Notes: generated from the sequence alone by a model not told the origin. A DNA stretch of 63,551 bases, filler included, from Globobulimina sp. (GCA_003354225.1; 46 parts of 46 records of this genome joined end to end with filler, not necessarily neighbours in it), one strand, 5' to 3'. Positions 23,541 through 36,665 are shown, counted from the first letter of the whole stretch. Made by a program: numbers and translations.

Positions 23541-24462
23541 ATAGCATTTGGTCATCCAATAACCGCCAATTCCATGCATTGGAGTAAATGTTACTTTTAA
23601 AGTAAGTGTGCAGCTCAATAAATATTTGTCATTTTTTGTTAAAACATTGATAAATGCAAATATTTGTCAGCACACACTTACTTTTTAATTCATCATATTT
23701 CTTATCGTCATCGCTAATGTATGAATACCGTTTGCTGCACTCATCAAAGTACGCATTTGTAATCAGGTCTGTTACGTCTTGACTCATATCTTTATGTTTT
23801 GCAGTGTTATATGGATCAATTTGAGCAAGGACCTCATTCGAATGCCATGGTTCTAAGTTTTGCAAAATGGAGTGAGCAATGGCTTCGTCGTGAGGGGGAA
23901 TTATTTGCGACCCGTTATTCCAATATACTTTAAATCCATTATCTTGCTTAGGATTATGACTGGCAGTCACCACAATGCCTAAACAACATTTTAATTGGAG
24001 AATGCCAAAGGGTATGAAAGGAGTGGCTGCGAATCTGTGAAACCAATATAGTTTGAACCCTGATGACAGGAATAACGATGCTGCGATGTGAGCAAAACGG
24101 TCAGAATTATGTCTTGCATCGAAACCAATAATTACACCTTGTTTGTAACATTTTGTTTGATCCTGTGCTGCTTCAATATGACGTATTAATCCTTGACATG
24201 TTTGGATTATAATCAAATCATTCATATACGCATAACCACCGCACATTTTTGCTCTTAAACCCGCGGTTCCGAACGATATTCGTTTACCGAACATCGCTTG
24301 TAATTCAGAGATGTTATTTGTGGCTAAGGCATCAGAGACTTGTTTCCTAAATGGTTGGTATGCTTCCCATTCTGTGTATTGTTTTGCTTGCGATTTTATT
24401 CGTTGGATTACCTCATCATTATTTTCTGATTTTTTCTCTTCTTTTTGATCGCTATTGTCCAT
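23541..24462 (-). CDS. PGM2: Phosphoglucomutase-2 / phosphopentomutase (partial)
   Basis: FGTAGLR, GFDARHNS, TASHNPKQDNGFKVYW.NG.QI; intron 23594-23681 leads to TFTPMHGIG. Confidence 0.92.
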
Positions 24463-24924
24463 GTTGACTTTGGTTCTGTTTAAAAGAGGGGGAAAGGAAA
24501 ATGCATTTTCAATGTGATGGGAATGTCTACTTGTCTTGTGCAGATGAAACAGAGTGTATCAAGCTGGCTATTAACTCTAACGAGGCCATGGTCACGACTG
24601 ACGAAGCACACTTAAATTAAAGCAACAAACTAATTCAACCAGAAACTAAACAGCCTCCAGTATGTCACTCCCTGTTTCCCTTCCAAAAGGAACTTTTGCC
24701 AGGACCTCCTGGTTGGCGGGATTGACTTGTCTGTGGCTTCGGTGATTCATATTCAGCATAACATAAAGTTGACTTACGGAAGTAGGTACGCACCTTAACA
24801 ATAGCAAAGAAATGGGTTATCCTANNNNNNNNNNNNNNNNNNNNNNNNNNNNNNNNNNNNNNNNNNNNTTAATTAATTAANNNNNNNNNNNNNNNNNNNN
24901 NNNNNNNNNNNNNNNNNNNNNNNN

Positions 24925-25451
24925 TGAATACCTGGGAAGTGACAAACGTGGGAGATAATTTGCATCCATTGCATGTGCATATTAACCATTTTCAAATGTT
25001 AAATTCTTCATTGGATCAGTTAAACAGGACATCGTACGAGAATTGGGTTGATATTCCCGATGGATATCAGGTGAGAGGGGATTGGTTTGACACATTTTGG
25101 GGTCCAGGATGGATACGATTTAAGACAGATATTTTTGCAGGCACTGTTACTATGCATTGCCATATATTAATTCATGAAGATCAGGGAGCCATGGGTACCA
25201 TTAAAATTACAAATGGCTGTGATCATGACTATACCGACTATAATGGTGATGGGAGTTGTAACTATCCGTATTCGGAATCATGTGGATTTGGTACTACTGA
25301 TGCGCCTGATACTACTCGGACAACCATGGAAAATACGCAAACCACAATTATATATGGTACTACTGATGCGCCTGATACTACGGAAACAACAACGGTGTAT
25401 GACAGTACGCAAACCACAATTATATATGATACTACTGCATCTAGTATATGA
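24925..25451 (+). CDS. Multicopper oxidase C-terminal domain with Thr-rich repeat tail (partial)
   Basis: HPLHVHINHF and MHCHILIHEDQGAM copper-ligand motifs; GTTDAPDTT...TQTTIIY twice (25290, 25356). Confidence 0.88.
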
Positions 25452-26899
25452 CTTTCATAACTTTCAGTGAGTGTTTGTATTTTTTTACTTTAATTTGTTC
25501 CCAGAGTGTATCTCACATTTGACAGTAAGAATGGATATGGCCGATTATTACGGGTTTGATGCCAGAACTTTTAGTTTTCAGAAAACATTATTGAAAATGT
25601 CAACCAGGCTCGACAGTCCCTTGTATTTTCTATACCATATTTATCCAGACGTTAGAACTGTCTTTCTAGTGCACAAGCTATTGCACACAATATATAATAC
25701 AAATCAAATGCTAACGATATTGAATGGATACAAATATAAATATCAACGAATGAATATTCCACCACACTTATCATATATGCACAAATTAAATAAGAACAAG
25801 ATTATTTCATCCGATTTATCAATGCACAACCCAACATATTCTAGCAGCTACACAGCTCTATTATTATATTATTATCTTCATAATTCTATAATTACAATCA
25901 TCTTATCACAATCTAAACCCTGACTTCCAAAAAAAAAAACATCTTTTGCAGAGCCTGCCCCATCAACGTACAGTTGAACACCGATGACAGACACCACCAT
26001 TGTACGTCATTGTGACACTTGGACACAACAAGCTGCTTCATTGCTTGACGAATCCATCATTGGTCAATTACAACAGTTGATCATTATCATCATATTCCAT
26101 TACTCAACTGCAGTCCGATACCATTATCATTTTGCCATGTTTCAATACGAAGTACTCCATCTGGTTTATGGCATTAACATTGAGTCCATTGCATTCCGTT
26201 ACGTTACTNNNNNNNNNNNNNNNNNNNNNNNNNNNNNNNNNNNNNNNNNNNNTTAATTAATTAANNNNNNNNNNNNNNNNNNNNNNNNNNNNNNNNNNNN
26301 NNNNNNNNACAAATCAAATATACATTTTGCAGAACTATTGTATACAAATTAGTGGGTTATGTGATGTGATAAAAATGTTAAATTATGCGTTACTGTGTCA
26401 ACCATATTATTGATAAAAGGAGAAAAAATAAACACTACCTAAAATGCCGAAAAAAAAAGCAAATAATCAATGATAAATTCAAGAGAATCGTCCAATCCAC
26501 ACATGATAAAGCATCCGGAAGTAGCGAGAAATTTGCATCAGTTCCGGTTGCACACATAAAGCCATCATAATAATAATAAGCCACCCGTAGGTTCGAATAC
26601 TAACCAATTGCAGTACCGCATGTAGCCATTGACAAAATGAATCATGTCTGTCCCACCATAAGATCGAATATAGATAATGTTGACAAAATCCATCAAATCA
26701 GGTCTTCTTGTCATTGAATCAGGTCATATTACCAAAAGCAATTTTTAGAGCAAACAAAAAAGTGAGAACTTTTGGAAACGAAAATACGATAAATTTGGAC
26801 TTAAAACTATGGTAACCAGATCTAGAAAGGATCGAGTGTACATATTACAGTACAATTAAAAAGCAACGAAGGTACATTACCAGAATAGGGGGGTCCATT

Positions 26900-27592
26900 A
26901 AGCTTACTGTATACCAGTGCTATTCAGACAGGAATTGACAAACCAACCAATCGAAAATCGCACTATAATCCGTCAATCAAATTGTCAATACCATAACCAC
27001 AACCAATCATCCATCTCCACTGTCCAATAAGCAAAGGGTCCAAAGCCAAGAGGACACCCCAACTAATGATCGATTTCCTTGAATAAACCATCCAATGTTC
27101 GATCGACCATAAATGGGTCCACTTTTCCACCGGCCAATTTAGCAGCCCTTTGCTGAAAATGTAACAGTTTAAAACGCTCATTTAGCCGTACTGTCCCTTG
27201 TGCCGTCATAGGGTCCCTTCCGACTTCCGGTACTACATCCGGTCCCATTTCCATTGGTTTGTTGTGTAAGAACCGTATACTGTGTAATGTAGGATCAAAA
27301 ACCATTTGCCTTGACAACACAACAGGGCCGTGGGTCGGAATTTATGCAGTTTGACCTGTCTGTAATAAACTCGCTTGACTTCCTCCTGTGACAGTCATAG
27401 CTGATGCTGGTCCCATGATTTATTGAATATGTTGCAAAAACTGCGGACCTGTATATTGCTGCGGTGCACTTATTGTCGATGTACCTATAGTTTCGGTCAG
27501 GGGCAACATTACAGGAATTGGGGCTCTAGGAGTAACCATTCCAGGTGTGTCCTTCTGAGGTGTCTCACTCAATGTATGTAGGATGACTCTGT
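26900..27592 (-). pseudogene. Decayed ORF of unknown origin
   Basis: A frame of more than 200 codons is interrupted by single TAA/TAG/TGA codons. Confidence 0.4.
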
Positions 27593-27797
27593 NNNNNNNN
27601 NNNNNNNNNNNNNNNNNNNNNNNNNNNNNNNNNNNNTTAATTAATTAANNNNNNNNNNNNNNNNNNNNNNNNNNNNNNNNNNNNNNNNNNNNGACACAGT
27701 TAATTATAATATGTGCGTTTTTTTGTTTTTTTCCGAGTAAACAAAAACAACCAACATTTTTCCGATAAAACAGTGGAGAAAGTTAATCAAAGAATAT

Positions 27798-28775
27798 ATG
27801 ATTGCTTTTCAAGCAAAATCCAAAAAAATGGGGTTAATGGCGCCTTATATTGGAACGTGGAACAAATTGAACGCATTCCATTTAATAAAGATAATGTATG
27901 ATAAAATTGAATATTCAGATGGCTCAAAATTTGGTGTTTATGTTAATGATAAAACGAATGAAATTATTGCAAAATATTTCAGTTCAACATTTACAGGAAA
28001 ATTAAAACAAAATAAAGATAAAAATAATAATTTTGAATATGAATCGATTGAATGGAATAATGGTTCGGTTTGGATCAAAAATGGATTTATGCGGTTTGAA
28101 GGAGAATATAAACACAATAAAACTCAGCAAAAATATAGTATTAATAAATTAGGAACAATTACATTGCCAATAACTGGAAGAAAATTAAGATTTAAATTGT
28201 TAAAACATAATAAAATTGCGTATGTTCTTCATAATAACACCACGAACAAAGGTACATTATCGACATCGTCAAATCGGTCAATTATTAAATGGCATAATGG
28301 TTCCATTTGGGAAAAAACCTCACAACCAAAGTCTATAACTATTAGCAAACATTGTATGTTGTTTATATTTCCATATCTTTTTTTATAATAATTATCGGTT
28401 AATATAGCCAGTGGTTCAAAGAGTGCAAATGTACCATTATTTGAGCAAAATGAGAATGTAGAAATGCGGGGAAAGGAGGAAATGATACAGGAAGTACATG
28501 AAAGTATAGCGATTGAAGAGAAATCCGAAGAAATTGAGGTTGAAAATAAAAAAACTGTTGAAATTGAGGGAGAAATTGAAGATTCAGAACATAGTGATTT
28601 TGAAAAAGACTTTGATATTTATTTCAAAGAAAATATACCATCATTACAGGTTGATAATTATGAACATTTTGTATTGATCAATGCCGAATTGGATGAATCT
28701 GATGAATTGTTAGGAATGGAACAAGAGCATAATATTAATGAGAATGATAAAGTTAATGAATGGTTCTTAGTTTAA
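27798..28775 (+). CDS. Hypothetical protein with repeated I.W.NGS.W motif and SAM-like start (multi-exon, partial)
   Basis: IEWNNGSVW and IKWHNGSIW; GTATGT intron near 28354-28408. Confidence 0.5.
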
Positions 28776-29076
28776 CTTTTATTCATTGTACATGACCCGT
28801 GACATGACATTATTTGTTAGAGATTGTACCATTAATCTTTTTATATATTATTTAATTAAATATTCATAGTTTCATACTTATTATGATTTTTCAATTAGCA
28901 ATTTATTATATTAGAACGCTGCAAAAAAGAAAAATCACACACAATCAAAAACAAATTGTTTTTTTTTAGGAGTTGTNNNNNNNNNNNNNNNNNNNNNNNN
29001 NNNNNNNNNNNNNNNNNNNNTTAATTAATTAANNNNNNNNNNNNNNNNNNNNNNNNNNNNNNNNNNNNNNNNNNNN

Positions 29077-30212
29077 CATTGGAGACAATATCTGTCAGAA
29101 CGCAGCAACAATACACAAGGACTGGCAACAGGAATATATTCGAAATGAAAAACAAACATTAAACACAATGTATAACAGATTTATTCAACAAAAAACGGCA
29201 GAAAATAAACATGTGCACGTTTTGCAAACACTGAGTCGAGAACAATTCAACGACTTTCAATATCACATTTTACCCATAATATATAGATCGAAGCTAGTAA
29301 AACTAAATGTTTTCGATGAATTAGATCCCAATAACGATGGTACAATCAGTGTGAAACAGTTGGGCCAATATTTGGACAAAATTGCAGAAATAATAGAAAT
29401 CGGAGATGGAGCAAATGCAGGATACCATGAAATGGATATATTTGAACCACAGGAACAGAAAACAAAATATAAGGAATCACTATTTGCTGCAGATTATGAT
29501 ATTGTTGACAATGATGATAACAGTTTTGTACTGCAGCTGCTACGTACTGCGACATTTTAAAAATATCTTTTACTATAACTCTCGGATTTATTTATAATAT
29601 GAATGCATCAAATTGTACGTATATATTTATGTATATTCAGTGGAGGCAGTGGAGGTTTCAAAGCAAAAAGAATCATTATTTGCAGATTATAACATTGTTG
29701 ATAATGAAGATTGCAAAGGTAACAAAAAACGACGCAAAATAGGTAAATTAAAACATGATTGGAATAGGGGACAAACAGGGACGGAAACAGTGAGATATAC
29801 TCCGAGTGGCAAAGTAATAAAAGCTGACGCTTCATGGGTTCGACATAAATCTGTAAAGGTTGTGCATCCCGTTCATGAATCAGTGGATGCGTTGCATGTA
29901 AATGCGTTGGTTTCGCAAGCACAAAAATTATTTTCTGTTGCTGAGGATGATGATGTTAAAGAAACTAAACAGAAACCTGGCAAACTCAAAATGCCACAAA
30001 AAAAAGAACCATTGTCCGATGAATCATGGATCAAACATAAATCTGAGAAAGTAGGACATGTAGCACATGATTCAGTGGATGTGTTGGAACTCAATAGACT
30101 GGTTTCTCAGGCACAGATTCATAGAAAATTAACGCCTGTTGGAGAGAACGAGGAGCAAACCCCCGCAACAAATGAGTCACAAAATAACAGTTTGCCTAAG
30201 TACATACAATAA
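29077..30212 (+). CDS. EF-hand-like protein with internal duplications (partial)
   Basis: FDELDPNNDGTISVKQL; KESLF.ADY.IVDN twice; SW..HKS.KV.H..H.SVD.L..N.LVSQAQ twice. Confidence 0.55.
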
Positions 30213-30575
30213 TATTACAACAAATTTGACATATTAATTATTGAATCTATTTATAACAGTTTGCCTAAGTACTTTTGTACATAATATACGTTGTTGTGCA
30301 TGTAGCTAAATGCAAGGGATATATGCAGATCGAGACAAAAATATAAATTTAATAAGAATGNNNNNNNNNNNNNNNNNNNNNNNNNNNNNNNNNNNNNNNN
30401 NNNNTTAATTAATTAANNNNNNNNNNNNNNNNNNNNNNNNNNNNNNNNNNNNNNNNNNNNCCTTTATCTAGTTCCTAAACTCAAGACCTAAATGTCTACG
30501 GTGTAAAATAATCTTTTATTCTGTGCCAAAATGAACAACAATCAAATAATGGAAGTACAAGAAGTTAAATAACTG

Positions 30576-31744
30576 TCAAAAATATATATGATGATCCAAT
30601 AGCTCCACATGTGGAAGAAAATTCGCAAGACGCACCGTAACAGTCAACTGATACTCAGTGTCAATCACTTTATCAAATGCAACCCCGTACCATTTATCAT
30701 TCACACCAAACGACACTGTTCCTGCGCTCTTATCATATCGAATCACAATAATATCGCCCAACTCTAACAGTTTACAGTAAGAATCATTCAATCCATAATT
30801 ACCATGCTTTACATGTTTTGTTCCTCGATCATTGATACAATACTCAATATTCCCATCCTTACAATCCATTAAACCAACCAATACACTCCATACAATATCA
30901 TTATTCCCGTAGGCATTCCCCACATTATATTCTGATGTTATCCGCACTCGCCACGAATATATAGAACCCTCACCACCAGCAACGCCAATTTTATTCCTAC
31001 CTACAAATTTATGATAAAACACATTATCCAGTTTATCAAACACATCCTTCCCAACATAGCATCCAAAGCAATACGCCACAGTCTGTTGCCATAAGCCATG
31101 ATCATATTTAATACCACTATATCTCCGACAATATCCTTCCACCAAACACTGCTGTTCAGATTCATCCAACTCATTGTATTTATACTCTCTCTCCATACAT
31201 TTCTGTGTATTGATATTGCCACAAAATAGGCCAATACACATAATCCTATCTCCGTCATTCAGCCATTGACATTTATCACATCGCCAATGTCGATCACCGC
31301 AGGAATGATAACCTAATTCATGCTCATCGTCAATACTGTCAATCTGAAATTTAATTTCGTGATTTATATCGTCAGAGCCATGGATTGCATCATCAATGTC
31401 CATATTTTGTTTTTGCTCCACATCATTTCGAAAACACTTTTCACAGTGTTTTGTATGTGCTTTGTTTACCATATTACATACATTGCATTGCCAGTCCTGT
31501 AGTCGCGGCAAGTTATTGCTATCAAAGCCATTGTGTAAGTTTACAGTCTCTAATGGCGGCACACTGTCATTGTCAGTGTCCTGCGTCATCTCTAAATTTG
31601 GTGTGCCGCATTTTAAACAACATGGTATGTCATGTTGTCGTGTTACAAAAGAATCGTTTTCAAAGTTACAGGCCGTGCATATCCAATCGGTTAGGTTTAG
31701 ATTGTTCCCTTTCCGGACACTGTGATCGCGCATAAAATGGCATT
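30576..31744 (-). CDS. RanBP2-type zinc fingers (x3) plus SPRY-like domain
   Basis: W.C..C...N...C motifs three times; GDIIVIRYD...TVSFGVNDKWYGVAF. Confidence 0.8.
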
Positions 31745-31844
31745 NNNNNNNNNNNNNNNNNNNNNNNNNNNNNNNNNNNNNNNNNNNNTTAATTAATTAA
31801 NNNNNNNNNNNNNNNNNNNNNNNNNNNNNNNNNNNNNNNNNNNN

Positions 31845-33128
31845 TCTATTTAATGGAATCTGGAGACATTGAGTCAATGTATTACGCAATGTTTTCCATA
31901 TTGGACATTTTAAGGGATTGTTTTTATTTTGTTCAAGTTCAAAATGAAAACAGATCGAAACCATAGAATCCGACAAAGGCAATCGTTTTTTTATTAATGT
32001 TTTAATACTTTGACACATTTTCTTCATTGATTTATATTCGGTTGAATTTGTATTGCTAACTTTATAGAATCTAAACCATTGCTTTATCATTCCTTCAACT
32101 CGCCGCAATTTCGCTATTTCATCATCGGCTTTGCTTCGCATTCTGTCGCCCAATGATGAAAAGGTCAGAGTTGAAACAATATTCCTGTTCATAAAAAAAA
32201 TTAGAAAATGGAAAAATAATTATATACTACACACCAATGCCCGTTTTCTTTGGCCATATCCATAGCAGTTTGACCCCCATGACTCACAACATCAAGTTTG
32301 AGATTTTTAAAAGATAACAACCAATTTAGTATTGGCCCGTTGTTCAACATTGCAGCCGTATGCAACAAAGTCGTTCCCTCCGTGAAATCAACCATATTTA
32401 TATCAATATACTGCTGATATGCTTGATAAAATTCCACTGCCTCTTCGATATCAGATTTGCGGTTCAATTCTGACCAACATCCAAATGTTTTTAAACTTTC
32501 AAAAATAGCGTCAAATAATTTGCTATTTGTATTGTTTTTATCTGTTTTATATGCAATGAACCATTTCGCCAAATCCTCATATTCGTCGTAAACGCCATTA
32601 TCGTTTTTCAATTGATCTGGCATTGCATCATACATTATTTCTAAATCTCGTTTTTTAGAAACACATTTTAATTTAAATGCGGGTTGGTGTGCGTTGTTCG
32701 GAGGAGCAATAAACGAAGCAACCCATACTCTTTTTGTTAAATCCCGATCTTTGAAGTGTTTTATTGATGGATGCATTGTCGAATATGTTAATGCCGTATC
32801 AATCCATTGTATTACCTTTTCCTTTTCTTGAATGAGTGTATTTGTGTTCTCGTCCATTTTCAAAATGTCACTGATATCGTCATGCGACAGAAACGGTGCA
32901 CGTGCTTTCTCTAAATCACTTGCGATGGACATAAGGCTGGTTTTAATGCGCATGATAGTTTCTGTCGTTATATGTATGTTGATTTGGTCCGCTAGGTCTC
33001 TCAGTTGTGCACTCAGAACAGACATGGTTTTCGTTGCAGTGAAGTTCGAGGAAAAGCTGTGCGCATGGATGGAAGTGTGCAAGATTCTCCAACTGTCCGT
33101 GTTGGATCTCTTCAAGAGCGAATCGATG
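31845..33128 (-). CDS. Ankyrin-repeat protein (partial, one intron)
   Basis: GTTLLHTAAMLNN..ILNWLL...GQTAMDMAKENGH. Confidence 0.75.
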
Positions 33129-33228
33129 NNNNNNNNNNNNNNNNNNNNNNNNNNNNNNNNNNNNNNNNNNNNTTAATTAATTAANNNNNNNNNNNNNNNN
33201 NNNNNNNNNNNNNNNNNNNNNNNNNNNN

Positions 33229-34512
33229 TGAGAGCATCGAGATTGGTGTGGGCTGCATTGATGAGGAGGAGGAGGAGGAGAATGATGAGGAAACTGACAT
33301 TTTTATACACAAAGCACACACGCCGCTGCGGCTGCGCTTGCAGTCGCAATCACGCTCCGTGACGCCGGGCATGATGAGCGAGATGACGCCAATGTTGAGT
33401 TCGAACCAGAGTCGGAATAACAGTCTGACGCCGGTGATCTGCGAAAACGTCAATAAATTACCGTCATATTTGCACGCAAAGCAGAAAAAGCTGCATTTGA
33501 ATGCGCAAAGCGATGATTTGATGATGGAGACGCATTTGAATATGGACTTAGTGCGTAAAAGCAAAGTGACCTTCAACTTGAATGAGAATAAGTTTGTGGT
33601 CTCGCCCAAGATTGAGAAGTTAGTGAGCGCCAATTGTACGAAACTGGCACAGGAAGACATTGAGACGCATTCACGTCTCAATGTATGCAAAGACACTGTG
33701 AAAGAAGCGGAGATTGAAAAGGAGGCGGAACCGGGCAATAAACCTCGGAAATATACGTGGATCATAGAGACATTGGACAGCAATGACGAGAGCATTGATG
33801 TGTGGCTACGGCAGAAAAAGCAGAAACTGCTGGATGTGTTTGCGCATAATGGCGTGTATGGACACATCAAAGCCATTGGATTGGAACCTACGTATTGTGA
33901 GTTGCCGACATTTGGGCAGCATGGATATGAGGATTTGGATGGAAAGCGGCTGCCGTCGCTGTATTATTTGATCAGTAAATACGTGGATTGTAGCAATCCA
34001 TGGTATATTAAGATGTTATTGAAATACTTTGATGTGGAAACGCATAAATATTGCAATTGCGCAGCAAACATAGATAATGTGGATACGGATTTAAGTTGTT
34101 TGTTTCTGCGGAAATATGTGCACAAAGAGCCAAAGTCACTGCGCTATGCTTTTATTGGTACGGTTCAGGACAAGGATGAGGTGCACAGTACGGTGGTGAT
34201 GGATATTTATATGGATATAAAGGATAAGGAATGTTATATTCGATTGAAACTGAATGAGGATAAACGACACAAGTTATTGTGTCTGTTGTTGCGGATAAAG
34301 AACAAATGCAAACATAATAAGCACACTGATACGCGCTGTATACCGCAGCCACCGCCGCCGCCTCCGGAGGAAAGTGGTTCGGTGGAGAATAATAAGCGGA
34401 TATTGCTGATGAATGCGATTTGTGTCAATTATAATTGGAATGGTTACTGTGAGGCAACGTATTGCAACAAAAAACATGAATGTTGTTGCTGTGGAGAGAA
34501 ACATCCGGCGAG
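33229..34512 (+). CDS. Hypothetical protein with C-terminal CCCH-like zinc finger (partial)
   Basis: Open frame across the contig; ICVNYNWNGYCEATYCNKKHEC..CGEKH. Confidence 0.6.
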
Positions 34513-34612
34513 NNNNNNNNNNNNNNNNNNNNNNNNNNNNNNNNNNNNNNNNNNNNTTAATTAATTAANNNNNNNNNNNNNNNNNNNNNNNNNNNNNNNN
34601 NNNNNNNNNNNN

Positions 34613-34792
34613 GTATCCATTGCCATACTGACCGATGGCGGGGGACATGCAACCATAGGCGCGGATCTGCTTTCCGATTACGGCATCACGTTGCCTGAAC
34701 TGGGAGAAAAGACGAAGGCCAGGCTGAGGGAGATCCTGCCTGCAGCCGCTTCCGTTACAAATCCGGTCGATGTCGCGGGAGCTGATCCTTGA
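34613..34792 (+). CDS. Bacterial ADP-forming acyl-CoA synthetase (acetate--CoA ligase family) fragment
   Basis: IAILTDGGGHATIGADLL...LREILPAAASVTNPVDVAG; markedly higher GC than the rest of the contig. Confidence 0.8.
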   Translation, partial: VSIAILTDGGGHATIGADLLSDYGITLPELGEKTKARLREILPAAASVTNPVDVAGADP

Positions 34793-34839
34793 GAGGGTGT
34801 TCGCCGGACGGCTGGCAGAACGCGACTATGCCATCCAGG

Positions 34840-35896
34840 TCTATCAGGAGAACATAGCGAAGCGGCAAATACATATTCAATCCGTGCATCGATAGGAAAT
34901 GCTTTACCTTTAAATTCCCCATTTACATAAAAACCTAATTCAAATTCTTTCATATTTATCTCGATTGATATCGTGTCGTTTACACTAAATTTATCAGAAT
35001 AATTACTGCCTTTTTTAGAAGAATGGAATTTTTTCCCTGAATACCCATAATATCCATATCCCAAAGCTGGGCCTAACCAAAAGCCGCCGGCTCGATCACT
35101 TAGCATTTCACGCAAAAACATCAAACAATTTAGCCATTTTTTGCACGCTTACAAAAACAATCTGTTTTTTAACATAATGGTCCATTAAAAAACAGTTTTT
35201 TCGACGCGTCATATGAAAAATAAAAATACCCAGAAATAAGTGAGGTACCTTGTTTTTTTCGCGTTGACCACACCAATCACCACATCCGCGACAAAATCCT
35301 TTTTATGTTTGGGCTCAAACTTAGGCACAATTTTAATTTCCCATTTCTTATATTGCCCTTTACGAATTACTTGATTTCCATACGAATTTAGCCATTCTCC
35401 CCTTTTGCCAGTACGGCAGACACTGTTTGTTTGCTTATTGAACACCAAATGGTGATGCGACACCATTGTGTTCCATGTGTCTGTGATATATTTAATGTTT
35501 TGCTTTGGTTGCGGTTGGACAATGACTATTTGCTGTGGCGGGGCTTGGAGTGGTTTTATATTTGGATTTATTTTGATTTCATTCATATTGTTGGCGAGGG
35601 TTTGTAATTGCGTTGATATGTCTTTTTTTTGTTGCTTATTTGCGGTCATACAGTCATTTAAAATGGATATTTTTTTGTTGTTTAGTAATTGTATTAATGT
35701 ATCGAAAGTAGTTGCGATGTCGGAATCTAATTGTTTTGATTCATCCGGCTGTGCATAAATTACTTGTGGTGCTTGTTGCGCATTTGCGTATAATTGTTGT
35801 TGGGGTTGTTGTGGTTGGAATTGTTGGTATTGCTGACCTGGTTGACCTAAAACTGGATAAAGTGGTGGGGCTGATGGTGGTGCTGCTACTTCAGCT
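34840..35896 (-). CDS. SPRY-like domain protein with Q/P-rich N-terminal part (partial, intron 35099-35248)
   Basis: KKWEIKI...VVIGVV...FSVNDTISIEINM..LGFYVNGEFKGKAF...YVFAASL. Confidence 0.75.
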
Positions 35897-36007
35897 NNNN
35901 NNNNNNNNNNNNNNNNNNNNNNNNNNNNNNNNNNNNNNNNTTAATTAATTAANNNNNNNNNNNNNNNNNNNNNNNNNNNNNNNNNNNNNNNNNNNNTCAT
36001 CACTTAC

Positions 36008-36090
36008 ACCTTCGTGAGCATCAATTATAATCACCACACCATCACACAGTCGATATGCTGCTGTCACTTCGTCCGAAAAATTGACATGAC
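36008..36090 (-). CDS. EFTUD2: Single 83-nt exon of U5-116kD/Snu114 GTPase
   Basis: ttttctag|(G)[27 protein letters not shown]|gtaagt. Confidence 0.75.
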
Positions 36091-36134
36091 CTAGAAAATG
36101 TGCATTTTTCTAATATAAATTTTGTACATCGTTG

Positions 36135-36665
36135 CAATTCGCCACATGTAATAATTTACAAAAGGTCATTGAAAATCTCCAACACATCATGCTCTCCGTC
36201 GCAATTGAACCACCCTCCCAAACCCGCGTTGTTAATAGAATTGTCAAAATATGCGCGAGTGAAAATATATCTATTGAACGTAAAAATATACGGCGAATTT
36301 TGACACACGCGCGCGGCGACATACGAATGTGTCTTAACATTATTGATAGTTTTGGCGAAAATGGATTATATGAACACGTGTTATTCAATCACGCGGATCA
36401 TATTATTTCGCGCTTCAATTCGCATAAGGGTGATTTTCACCAACTGGTTGATGAATTATTTGATTATGGATATACTTCAGAGTACATTGTAAATACCTTT
36501 TGCGAACATTATATGAACGAAGAATATGGCAACGTGAATGAAATAGTTATATTGTTGGGAAATTATTTGCGCGAGTGCTATAATAATTTCGACGAGGGAA
36601 AATCGTTAATATATGAAATGTTTGGTTGTATTAAATATATAAAGGATAATGAGCGGCGAGGATGA
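36135..36665 (+). CDS. Replication factor C small-subunit-like C-terminal part, probably viral
   Basis: FATCNNLQKVIENLQ...KICASENI...ARGDIRMCLNII; intronless. Confidence 0.7.
   Translation, partial: QFATCNNLQKVIENLQHIMLSVAIEPPSQTRVVNRIVKICASENISIERKNIRRILTHARGDIRMCLNIIDSFGENGLYEHVLFNHADHIISRFNSHKGDFHQLVDELFDYGYTSEYIVNTFCEHYMNEEYGNVNEIVILLGNYLRECYNNFDEGKSLIYEMFGCIKYIKDNERRG

Noticed and set aside
24925-25451. Copper nitrite reductase NirK
   Set aside because: HPxHxH plus HCHxxxHxDxxM in a C-terminal domain is the laccase-type arrangement.
26810-26822. LTR primer-binding site (tggtaaccaga)
   Set aside because: No identifiable LTR or downstream gag/pol on that strand.
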